This document shows positions 13,622 through 24,069 of a DNA stretch of 64,000 bases, one piece after another. Below the pieces are notes generated by a model. It did no database searches. It was not told the origin of the DNA and worked only from the letters and a program-made list of their open reading frames with translations. The translations under genes and the position numbers were made by a program. The stretch comes from Eledone cirrhosa (lineage: Eukaryota): contig OZ024742.1 of NCBI GenBank assembly GCA_964016885.1, positions 17,732,001-17,796,000 on the forward strand, written 5' to 3'. The stretch's first letter is position 1. The number at the start of each line of letters is the position of its first letter.

Positions 13622-14495
13622 ACGGAATATTGTACAACTTATTCTAACTGATAAATAATGTTACGATAGTGACTAGTAGTCGACAATCATTATTCACAGA
13701 AATGTCATGTCACTACTGTACGGAAGGAGATAATTTTCAACATATGGAAGGAATATGTGTTCACAGTTCTAAAGCTTAATTTTAAAAACCCACTGTACAA
13801 GGTCCCAAAGGTTATACATTTGAAACCAAAACGTAAAGGGACGTAATTCTATGCTGTGAAGTGTGCTGTCCGATGCTCCACCGATTCTATCAGTCCACCA
13901 CCCTTATTTAGACACAAGGCCAACAATTTTTGCAGAAGGGAAAGTCGATTACATTGACCCAGTGTATTACTGGTACTTTATTTTATTGTAGTTGATTCCT
14001 AGATGCAGCGGAAATGGTGTTCTTCTGAAGGGTGTTTGGTTAGGGTGCATAACTTGAGATCTGGGAGTCGCTCCAGATAGAGCCTTGCCTTCTCCCAATT
14101 GAGATATCACAGCTCCGATACTACGGACATGTGGTTAGAATGTCTAAGAAAGAATCGGTGGATAGATTTTACGGGCAAAGCCATGCGGCAGGTGGCCCTT
14201 AGAAAGATGAAGAGCAAAATGCTCAAATAACATCCATAAGTTGGGTTGTTATTACTTGTGGATCAATAGTGTCAATTGGAGTACATTTCTTCTGAGAGGA
14301 TCCTCTGGAAGGCATGTCCCTAGATTGTGAACCCACAATCTTCCCGTGAATAAGTGGGGAAAAAAAGAAGGTGGAGGTGGGTGGTGAAGAAGAAGAATAA
14401 TAATAAGAAGAAGAAGAAGAAGTAGTAGAAGAAGAAAAAGATTAATTTACAATTGTGTAATAATAAAATATTTATTTTAAAAAAAATGTTGTAGA

Positions 14496-14568
14496 AGGCT
14501 TCAGAGAGATTCGAACACTGGTACTCCAGTTTACTAGACTGCGTTCTAACCAACTGAACTATGGAGCT
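14496..14568 (-). pseudogene. tRNA-Thr(AGT) degenerate copy
   Basis: T-stem CAGTG/CTCTC unpaired, acceptor mismatches, 1-nt deletion. Confidence 0.8.
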
Positions 14569-14954
14569 ACGGGATACTTTACAACCTATTCTAACTGATA
14601 AATAATGTTACAATAGTGACTAGTAGTCGACAATCATTATTCACAGAAATGTCATGTCACTACTGTACGAAGGAGATAGTTTTCAACATATGGAAGGGAT
14701 ATGTGTTCCACGGTTCTAAAGCTGAATTTTAAAAACCCCCTGTACAAGTTTCCAAATGTTATACATTTGAAACCAAAACGTAAAGGGACGTAATTCTATG
14801 CCGTGAAGTGTGGTGTCCGATGTTGTGTCCGATTCTATCAGTCCACCACCCTTATATAATGGCTTCCGATTTACACACAAAGCCAACAATTTGGGAGAGG
14901 GAAATTTGATTACATTGACACAAGTGTATACTGACTGGTACTTTATTTTATCGT

Positions 14955-15435
14955 AGTTGATTCCGAGATGCAGCCGAAATGGTGTTCTTCTGAAGGGGTG
15001 GTTTGGTAGGGGGTGCGTAACTTTGAGATCAGGGAGTCGCTCCAGATAGAGCCTTGCCTTCTCCCAATTGAGATATCACAGCTCCGATACTACGGACATG
15101 TGGTTAGAATGTCTAAGGAAAGAATCGGTGGATAGATTTTACGGGCAAAGCCATGCGGCAGGTGACCCTTAGAAAGATGAAGAGCAAAATGCTCAAATAA
15201 CATCCATAAGTTGGGTTGTTATTACTTGGGATCAATAAGGATCAATTGGAGTACATGTCTTCTGATAGGATCCTCTGGAAGGCATGTCCCCAGATTGTGA
15301 ACCCACAATCTTCCCGTGAATAAGTGGGAGAAAAAAGAATGAAGAGATGGGTGGTGAAGAAGAAGAAGAAGAAGAAGAAGAAGAGAAGAAGAAGAAGAAG
15401 AAGAAGAAGAAGAAGAAAAGGAGGAGGAGGAGAAA
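14955..15435 (+). mobile_element. RTE-clade LINE 3' fragment with (GAA)n tail (one per array unit; also about 13990, 17030, 19060, 21135, 23180)
   Basis: Translates to ..LLPIEISQLRYYGHVVRMSKERI..ILRAKPCGR..LGINKDQLEY..DRILWKA, the RTE C-terminal pattern; preceded by a SINE fragment. Confidence 0.75.
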
Positions 15436-15517
15436 AGGTGAAGAATAAGGAAAAACGTTTAATTTACAAAGAAAATTCCTTTTTTTTCATTAAAAATAAG
15501 AAAGGTTACTTTGAAGT

Positions 15518-15591
15518 AGGCTCCAGAGGGATTCGAACCCTCGACCTCCAGTTTACTAGACTGGCGCTCTATCCAACTGAGCTATGGAGCC
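15518..15591 (-). tRNA. tRNA-Thr(AGT): tRNA-Thr(AGT), intact
   Basis: Acceptor GGCTCCA/TGGAGCC, D-arm GCTC/GAGC, anticodon AGT, T-arm GAGGG-TTCGAAT-CCCTC; T-run downstream. Confidence 0.93.
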
Positions 15592-15828
15592 ACGCTGGAC
15601 TCTATACTGTATCCTACCTATTAAATAAACAGCTGTTACAAACAATAGTCACTAGAAGTTGAAAAAAAGATTATTTTTATAATTAATCCTTATTCTGAGA
15701 TGTCAGTAAGATACGGAAGGAGATAATTTTTAACATAGTATAGAAGTAGTAGTACACGTTAATATATTAGCTGCTAGAACTCTACACGCATGGGTAAATC
15801 ATATATGTGAGTGTGTCTGCGTGTATAT

Positions 15829-15922
<94 letters not shown>

Positions 15923-15925
<3 letters not shown>

Positions 15926-16502
15926 CTTCATTCTTGCTCTTGTGTTGGCATGTAAACAGAACTACAGGCCCTAATGTTTCTGGGTATCACCCTTCATCAG
16001 TACAGCTCACTGTTTACCTGCCAACTGTCAGAGCTAGCGAAAATATATGCTATTTTCTAAAATATACACTGAGTGATCGCCTGATTTGCATATTAACTGA
16101 CTGGCTGATAAATCAGATCTGCATATTAGCAGATCCACTGATAGCCAGATTTGCATATCAGCAGACTGGCCAGTCAGTTTCCTGTATACGAGCGATAAAT
16201 GGCCGGCTTTGCTAAATTCAAATAAATATAGAATGTTCGTTCTACATGGCTGAATACAATAAATGTCATGTGAGTTTTTCAAATATTGATAACAACATTC
16301 AATTCGTTTGCAATTATGCAAACAAAGCACATTTTTAACGCCATGTCAGTAGAATGAACCCTTCATTCTTGCTCTTTGTGTTGGCATGCGAACAGAACTG
16401 CAAGACACTAATGTTTCTGGGTATCACCCTTCATCAGTACAGCTCACTGTTCACATGCCATCTGTCAGAATTAGTGAAAATATATGCTATTTTCAAAAAT
16501 AC
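15923..16502 (-). mobile_element. Retrozyme-like element (unit 1): two ~140-bp direct repeats 435 bp apart, each with a hammerhead (15961-16006, 16397-16443)
   Basis: Minus strand CTGTA-CTGATGA-AGGGTGATACCCA-GAAA-CATTAGTG-TC-..; extended stem I; ATTTGCAT at 16084 and 16149. Confidence 0.8.
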
Positions 16503-16566
16503 AGAAGAAGAAGAATTTACAATTGTGTAATAATAAAGATATTTATTTTAAAATAATTGTTGTAGA

Positions 16567-16640
16567 AGTCTTCAGGAGATTCGAACACTGGTACTCCCAG
16601 TTTACTAGACTGGCGCTCTAACCAACTGAACTATGGAGCT
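16567..16640 (-). pseudogene. tRNA-Thr(AGT) degenerate copy
   Basis: Same broken T-stem variant as 14496. Confidence 0.8.
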
Positions 16641-17617
16641 ACGGATACTTTACAACCTATTCTAACTGATAAATAATGTTACAATAGTGACTAGTAGTCG
16701 ACAATAATTATTCACAGAAATGTCATGTCACTACTGTACGGAAGGAGATAATTTTCAACATATGGAAGGAATATGTGTTCACGGTTCTAAAGCTGAATTT
16801 TAAAAACCCACTGTACAAGGTCCCCAAAATGTTATACATTTGAAACCAAAACGTAAAGGACGTAATTCTATGGCCGTGAAGTGTGGTGTCCGATGTGGTG
16901 TCCGATTCTATCAGTTCACCACCCTTATATAATGGCTTCCCGATGTACACACAAAGCCAACAATTTGGGGAGAGGGGAATTTGATTACATTGACTCCAGT
17001 GTATTACTGTTACTTTATTTTATCGCAGTTGATTCCTAGAAGCAGCTGAAATGGTGTTCTTCTGAAGGGTGTTTGGTAGGGTGCATAACTTTGAGATCTT
17101 GGAGTCGCTCCAGATAGAGCCTTGCCTTCTCCCAATTGAGATATCACAGCTCCGATACTACGGACATGTGGTTAGAATGTCTAAGGAAAGAATCGGTGGA
17201 TAGATTTTACGGGCAAAGCCATGCCGGCAGGTGACCCATAGAAAGATGAAGAGCAAATTGCTCAAATAACATCCATAAGTTGGGTGTTGTGGATTATAGA
17301 ATTGGATATACTAGATCATACACTTGGAGTACATTTCTTTGATAGGATCCTCTGGAAGGCATGTCCCAGATTGTGAACCCACAATCTTCCCGTAAATAAG
17401 TGGGGAGAAAAAAGAAGGTGGAGGTGGGAAGTGAAGAAGAAGAAGAAGAAGAAGAAGAAGAAGAAGAAGAAGAAGAAAAGAAGAAGAAGAAGAAGAAGAA
17501 GAAGAAGAAGAAGAAGGAGGAGGAGGACGAGGAAAAGGGTGAAGAATAAGAAAAAAAAGCTTTAATTTACAAAGAAATTTCTTTTTCTTTTTTAAAAAAA
17601 AAAAGGTATTTTGCAGA

Positions 17618-17692
17618 AGGCTCCAGAGGGATTCGAACCCTCGACCCTCCAGTTTACTAGACTGGCGCTCTATCCAACTGAGCTATGGAGCC
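17618..17692 (-). tRNA. tRNA-Thr(AGT): tRNA-Thr(AGT), intact apart from one extra base in the variable loop (possible sequencing error)
   Basis: Identical to the 15518 copy except GACCCTCC versus GACCTCC. Confidence 0.85.
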
Positions 17693-17916
17693 ACGCTGGA
17701 CTCTAATACTGTATCCTACCTATTAAATAAACAGCTGTTACAAACATAGTCACTAGAAGTTGAAAAAAAGATTATTTTTATAATTAATCCTTATTCTGAG
17801 ATGTCAGTAAGATACGGAAGGAGATAATTGTTAACATAGTATAGAAGTAGTAGTACACGGTTCTAGAACTCTACATGCATGGGTAATCATATATGTGAGT
17901 GTGTCTGCGTGTATAT

Positions 17917-17954
<38 letters not shown>

Positions 17955-18532
17955 CCTTCATTCTTGCTCTTGTGTTGGCATGTAAACAGAACTGCAGGCA
18001 CTAATGTTTCTGGGTATCACCCCTTCATCAGTACAGCTCACTGTTTACATGACAACTGTCAGAGCTAGCGAAAATATATGCTATTTTCTAAAATATACAC
18101 TGACTAATCGGACTGATTTGCATATTAACTGACTGGCTGATAAGTCAGATCTGCATATTAGCAGATCCACTGATAGCCAGATTTGCATATCAGCAGACTG
18201 GCCAGTCAGTTTCCTGTATACGAGCGATAAATGGCCGGCTTTGCTAAATTCAAATAAATAAAGAATGTTCGTTCTACATGGCTGAATACAATAAATGTAA
18301 TGTGAGTTTTTCAAATATTGATAATAACATTCGATTCGTTTGCAATTATGCAAACAAAGCACATTTTTAACGCCATGTCAGTAGAATGAACCCTTCATTC
18401 TTGCTCTTGTGTTGGCATGCGAACAGAACTGCAGACACTAATGTTTCTGGGTATCACCCTTCATCAGTACAGCTCACTGTTCACATGCCATCTGTCAGAA
18501 TTAGTGAAAATATATGCTATTTTCAAAAATAC
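17955..18532 (-). mobile_element. Retrozyme-like element (unit 2): hammerheads at 17991-18037 (GCC site) and 18428-18473 (GUC site)
   Basis: Same direct-repeat and hammerhead structure as unit 1. Confidence 0.8.
18428..18473 (-). ncRNA. Type I hammerhead ribozyme, canonical core (representative of the GUC copies; also 20525-20570 and 22547-22592)
   Basis: GCUGUA-CUGAUGA-AGGGUGAUACCCA-GAAA-CAUUAGUG-UC-UGCAGU; stem I extends through a small bulge into GGCAUGUGAACAG/CUGUUCGCAUGCC. Confidence 0.88.
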
Positions 18533-18599
18533 AGAAGAAGAAGAACAATTTACAATTGTGTAATAATAAAGAAATTTATTTTAAAATATTTTTTGTAGA

Positions 18600-18673
18600 A
18601 GGCTTCAGAGAGATTCGAAAACTGGTACTCCAGTTTACTAGACTGGCGCTCTAACCAACTGAACTATGGAGCT
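18600..18673 (-). pseudogene. tRNA-Thr(AGT) degenerate copy
   Basis: Broken T-stem and acceptor mismatches; anticodon arm intact. Confidence 0.8.
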
Positions 18674-19534
18674 ACGGGATACTTTACAACCTATTCTAAC
18701 TGATAAATAATGTTACAATAGTGACTAGTAGTCGACAATAATTATTCACAGAAATGTCATGTCACTACTGTACGGAAGGAGATAATTTTCAACATATGGA
18801 AGGAATATGTGTTCACGGTTCTAAAGCTGAATTTTAAAAACCCACTGTACAAGGTCCCCAAATGTTATACATTTGAAACCAAAACGTAAAGGGACGTAAT
18901 TCTATGCCGTGAAGTGTGGTGTCCGATGTGGTGTCCGATTCTATCAGTTCACCACCCTTATATAATGGCTTCCGATGTACACACAAAGCCAACAATTTGG
19001 GGAGAGGGGAATTTGATTACATTGACTCCAGTGTATTACTGTTACTTTATTTTATCGCAGTTGATTCCTAGAAGCAGCTGAAATGGTGTTCTTCTGAAGG
19101 GTGTTTGGTAGGGTGCATAACTTTGAGATCTTGGAGTCGCTCCAGATAGAGCCTTGCCTTCTCCCAATTGAGATATCACAGCTCCGATACTACGGACATG
19201 TGGTTAGAATGTCTAAGGAAAGAATCGGTGGATAGATTTTACGGGCAAAGCCATGCGGCAGGTGACCCATAGAAAGATGAAGAGCAAATTGCTCAAATAA
19301 CATCCATAAGTTGGGTTGTTATTACTTGGGGATCAATAACGATCAATTGGAGTACATTTCTTTGATAGGATCCTCTGGAAGGCATGTCCCCAGATTGTGA
19401 ACCCACAATCTTCCGTAAATAAGTGGGAGAAAAAAGAAGGTGGAGGTGGGAAGTGAGAGAAGAAGAAGAAGAAGAAGAAGAAGAAGAAGAAGAAGAAGAA
19501 GAAGAAGAAGAAGAAGAAGAAGAAGAAGAAGAAG

Positions 19535-19566
<32 letters not shown>

Positions 19567-19703
19567 GAAGAAGAAGAAGAAGAAGAAGAAGAAGAAGAAG
19601 AAGGAGGAGGAGGACGAGGGAAAAGGGTGAAGAATAAGAAAAAAAGCTTTAATTTACAAAGAAATTTCTTTTTCTTTTTTAAAAAAAAAAGGTATTTTGC
19701 AGA

Positions 19704-19777
19704 AGGCTCCAGAGGGATTCGAACCCTCGACCTCCAGTTTACTAGACTGGCGCTCTATCCAACTGAGCTATGGAGCC
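19704..19777 (-). tRNA. tRNA-Thr(AGT): tRNA-Thr(AGT), intact
   Basis: Full cloverleaf, identical to the 15518 copy; long T-run downstream. Confidence 0.93.
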
Positions 19778-20014
19778 ACGCTGGACTCTATACTGTATCC
19801 TACCTATTAAATAAACAGCTGTTACAAACAATAGTCACTAGAAGTTGAAAAAAAGATTATTTTTATAATTAATCCTTATTCTGAGATGTCAGTAAGATAC
19901 GGAAGGAGATAATTGTTAACATAGTATAGAAGTAGTAGTACACGGTTAATATATTAGCTGCTAGAACTCTACATGCATGGGTAATCATATATGTGAGTGT
20001 GTCTGCGTGTATAT

Positions 20015-20052
<38 letters not shown>

Positions 20053-20629
20053 CCTTCATTCTTGCTCTTGTGTTGGCATGTAAACAGAACTGCAGGCACT
20101 AATGTTTCTGGGTATCACCCTTCATCAGTACAGCTCACTGTTTACATGACAACTGTCAGAGCTAGCGAAAATATATGCTATTTTCTAAAATATACACTGA
20201 CTAATCGGACTGATTTGGCATATTAACTGACTGGCTGATAAGTCAGATCTGCATATTAGCAGATCCACTGATAGCCAGATTTGCATATCAGCAGACTGGC
20301 CAGTCAGTTTCCTGTATACGAGCGATAAATGGCCGGCTTTGCTAATTCAAATAAATAAAGAATGTTCGTTCTACATGGCTGAATACAATAAATGTAATGT
20401 GAGTTTTTCAAATATTGATAATAACATTCGATTCGTTTGCAATTATGCAAACAAAGCACATTTTTAACGCCATGTCAGTAGAATGAACCCTTCATTCTTG
20501 CTCTTGTGTTGGCATGCGAACAGAACTGCAGACACTAATGTTTCTGGGTATCACCCTTCATCAGTACAGCTCACTGTTCACATGCCATCTGTCAGAATTA
20601 GTGAAAATATATGCTATTTTCAAAAATAC
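20053..20629 (-). mobile_element. Retrozyme-like element (unit 3): hammerheads at 20089-20134 (GCC) and 20525-20570 (GUC)
   Basis: Same structure as units 1-2. Confidence 0.8.
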
Positions 20630-20695
20630 AGAAGAAGAAGAACAATTTACAATTGTGTAATAATAAAGAAATTTATTTTAAATATTTTTTGTAGA

Positions 20696-20770
20696 AGGCT
20701 TCAGAGAGATTCGAAAACTGGTACTCCAGTTTACTAGACCTGGCGCTCTAACCAACTGAACTATGGAGCT
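20696..20770 (-). pseudogene. tRNA-Thr(AGT) degenerate copy
   Basis: Broken T-stem; 1-nt insertion in the anticodon stem. Confidence 0.8.
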
Positions 20771-21662
20771 ACGGGATACTTCACAACCTATTCTAACTGA
20801 TAAATAATGTTACAATAGTGGATTAGTAGTCGACAATCATTATTCACAGAAATGTCATGTCACTACTGTACGGAAGCAGATAATTTTCAACATATGGAAG
20901 GAATATGTGTTCACGGTTCTAAAGCTGAATTTTAAAAACCCACTGTACAAGGTCCCCAAATGTTATACATTTGAAATTAAAACGTAAAGGGACGTAATTC
21001 TATGCCGTGAAGTGTGTTGTCCGATGCTCCACCGATTCTATCAGTCCACCACCCTTATTTAGACACAAATTTCGGGAGAAGGGAAAGTCGATTACATTGA
21101 CCCCAGTGTATTACTGTTACTTTATTTTATCGTAGCTGATTCCTAGATGCAGCCGAAATGGTGTTCTTCTGAAGGGGTGTTTGGTAGGGTGCGTAACTTT
21201 GAGATCTGGGAGTCGCTCCAGATAGAGCCTTTCCTTCTCCCAATTTAGATATCACAGCTCCGATACTACGGACATGTGGTTAGAATGTCTAAGTAAAAAA
21301 TCGGTGGATAGATTTTACGGGCAAAGCCATGCGGCAGGTGACCCTTAGAAAGATGAAGAGCAAAATGCTCAAATAACATCCATAAGTTGGGTTGTTATTA
21401 CTTGGGGATCAATAAGGATCAATTGGAGTACATTTGTTCTGATAGGATCCTCTGGAAGGCATGTCCCCAGATTGTGAACCCACAATCTTCCCGTGAATAT
21501 GTGGGAGAAAAAAGAAGTTGGAGGTGCGAGGTGAAGAAGAAGAAGAAGAAGAAGAAGAAGGAGGACGAGGACGAGGAAAAAGGTGAAGAATAAGAAAAAA
21601 AGCTTTAGTTTACAAAGAAATTTCTTTTTCTGTTTTTAAAGATAAGAAAGGTACTTTGCCGA

Positions 21663-21736
21663 GGGCTCCAGAGGGATTCGAACCCTCGACCTCCAGTTTA
21701 CTAGACTGGCGCTCTATCCAACTGAGCTATGGAGCC
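21663..21736 (-). tRNA. tRNA-Thr(AGT): tRNA-Thr(AGT), intact cloverleaf, discriminator C instead of T
   Basis: Body identical to the 15518 copy. Confidence 0.88.
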
Positions 21737-21978
21737 ACGCTGGACTCTATACTGTATCCTACCTATTAAATAAACAGCTGTTACAAACAATAGTCACTAG
21801 AAGTTGAAAAAACGATTATTTTTATAATTAATCCTTATTCTGAGATGTCAGTAAGATACGGAAGGAGATAATTTTAACATAGTATAGAAGTAGTAGTACA
21901 CGGTTAATATATTAGCTGCTAGAACTCTACATGCATGGGTAATCATATATGTGAGTGTGTCTGCGTGTATATATACAA

Positions 21979-22065
<87 letters not shown>

Positions 22066-22072
22066 CATATAT

Positions 22073-22651
22073 ACCCTTCATTCTTGCTCTTGTGTTGGCA
22101 TGTAAACAGAACTGCAGGCACTAATGTTTCTGGGTATCACCCTTCATCAGTACAGCTCACTGTTTACCTGCCAACTGTCAGAGCTAGTGAAAATATATGC
22201 TATTTTCTAAAATATACACTGACTGATCGGCCTGATTTGCATATTAACTGACTGGCTGATAAGTCAGATCTGCATATTAGCAGATCCACTGATAGCCAGA
22301 TTTGCATATCAGCAGACTGGCCAGTCAGTTTCCTGTATACGAGCGATAAATGGCCAGCTTTGCTAAATTCAAATAAATAAAGAATGTTCGTTCTACATGG
22401 CTCAATACAATAAATGTCATGTGAGTTTTTCAAATATTGATAACAACATTCAATTCGTTTGCAATTATGCAAACAAAGCACATTTTTAACGCCATGTCAG
22501 TAGAATGAACCCTTCATTCTTGCTCTTGTGTTGGCATGCGAACAGAACTGCAGACACTAATGTTTCTGGGTATCACCCTTCATCAGTACAGCTCACTGTT
22601 CAAATGCCAACTGTCAGAATTAGTGAAAATATATGCTATTTTCAAAAATAC
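22073..22651 (-). mobile_element. Retrozyme-like element (unit 4): hammerheads at 22111-22156 (GCC) and 22547-22592 (GUC)
   Basis: Same structure as units 1-3. Confidence 0.8.
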
Positions 22652-22718
22652 AGCAGAAGAAGGAGAATTTACAATTGTGTAATAATAAAGATATTTATTT
22701 TAAAATAATTGTTGTAGA

Positions 22719-22792
22719 AGGCTTCAGAGAGATTCGAACACTGGTATTCCAGTTTACTAGACTGGCGCTCTAACCAACTGAACTATGGAGCT
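22719..22792 (-). pseudogene. tRNA-Thr(AGT) degenerate copy
   Basis: Broken T-stem and acceptor mismatches. Confidence 0.8.
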
Positions 22793-23485
22793 ACGGGATA
22801 CTTTACAACCTATTCTAACTGATAAATAATGTCACAATAGTGACTAGTAGTCGACAATCATTATTCACAGAAATGTCATGTCACTACTGTACGGAAGGAG
22901 ATAATTTTCAACATATGGAAGGAATATGTGTTCACGGTTCTAAAGCTGAATTTTAAAAACCCACTGTACAAGTTTCCAAATGTTATATATTTGAAACCAA
23001 AACGTAAAGGGACGTAATTCTATGCCGTGAAGTGTGGTGTCCGATGTGGTGTCCGATTCTATCAGTCCACCACCCTTATATAATGGCTTCCGATTTACAC
23101 ACAAAGCCAACAATTTTGGGAGATGGAAATTTGATTACATTGACTCCAGTGTATTACTGGTACTTTATTTTATCGTAGTTGATTCCTAGAAGCAGCCGAA
23201 ATGGTATTCTTCTGAAGGGTGTTTGGTAGGGTGCGTAACTTTGAGATCTGGGAGTCGCTCCAGATAGAGCCTTTCCTTCTCCGAATTGAGATATCACAGC
23301 TCCGATACTACGGACATGTGGTTAGAATGTCTAAGTAAAAAATCGGTGGATAGATTTTACGGGCAAAGCCATGCGGCAGGTGACCCTTAGAAAGATGAAG
23401 AGCAAAATGCTCAAATAACATCCATAAGTTGGGTTGTTATTACTTGGGGATCAATAAGGATCAATTGGAGTACATTTCTTTGATA

Positions 23486-23685
23486 NNNNNNNNNNNNNNN
23501 NNNNNNNNNNNNNNNNNNNNNNNNNNNNNNNNNNNNNNNNNNNNNNNNNNNNNNNNNNNNNNNNNNNNNNNNNNNNNNNNNNNNNNNNNNNNNNNNNNNN
23601 NNNNNNNNNNNNNNNNNNNNNNNNNNNNNNNNNNNNNNNNNNNNNNNNNNNNNNNNNNNNNNNNNNNNNNNNNNNNNNNNNNNNN
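23486..23685. other. Assembly gap (200 N)
   Basis: Run of N; the tRNA array runs into it, so true copy number is unknown. Confidence 1.
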
Positions 23686-24038
23686 AACGTGGTTTTGTCT
23701 TTGCGTGTAATTGTTTTTCACCGCTCCAAACAATGACGTATTATATTCGTTTTTTCCCCGTTCTTTGCCAGGGAATGTTTCCACGAACCAAAGTATCGTC
23801 TTCCTGTCTTCCTCCGGTTGCACCGTTTCTTGAAATATTCACTTCCGCGTTCACAGATTGACTTTGTTAGTTTCAGAAGATCCCGTTAAGGGTGAAAGCA
23901 GCGATTTTTGCTTAAACTTTAATGTTATTTTAATAAATATTTGTTTGCTCTACGGTTCTTATATATTTGATATATATTTATCCTTATCGAGCCCACTTTG
24001 GATTTTAGTCTTCAAATTTATTATTATTACTATATATG

Positions 24039-24059
<21 letters not shown>

Positions 24060-24069
<10 letters not shown>

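Larger units (their letters stand above)
13540..23485. repeat. Tandem array, unit about 1.96-2.1 kb (4 complete units plus flanking partials), truncated by an assembly gap
   Basis: Intact tRNAs at 15518, 17618, 19704, 21663; degenerate tRNAs at 14496, 16567, 18600, 20696, 22719; units differ mainly in (GAA)n/(TA)n length. Confidence 0.95.

Noticed and set aside
16321-17760. Single-base indels specific to array units 1-2 (including in a tRNA and a hammerhead) as biological variants
   Set aside because: They cluster at homopolymers and look like consensus errors in a collapsed repeat; raw reads are needed.
22640-22792. Degenerate tRNA acting as the Pol III promoter of the retrozyme (SINE-like chimera)
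   Set aside because: T4 and T5 runs lie between the tRNA 3' end and the first hammerhead on the transcribed strand, so Pol III should terminate first; only leaky read-through is possible.
23429-23823. ORFs spanning 23429-23823
   Set aside because: Artefacts of reading through the N gap.
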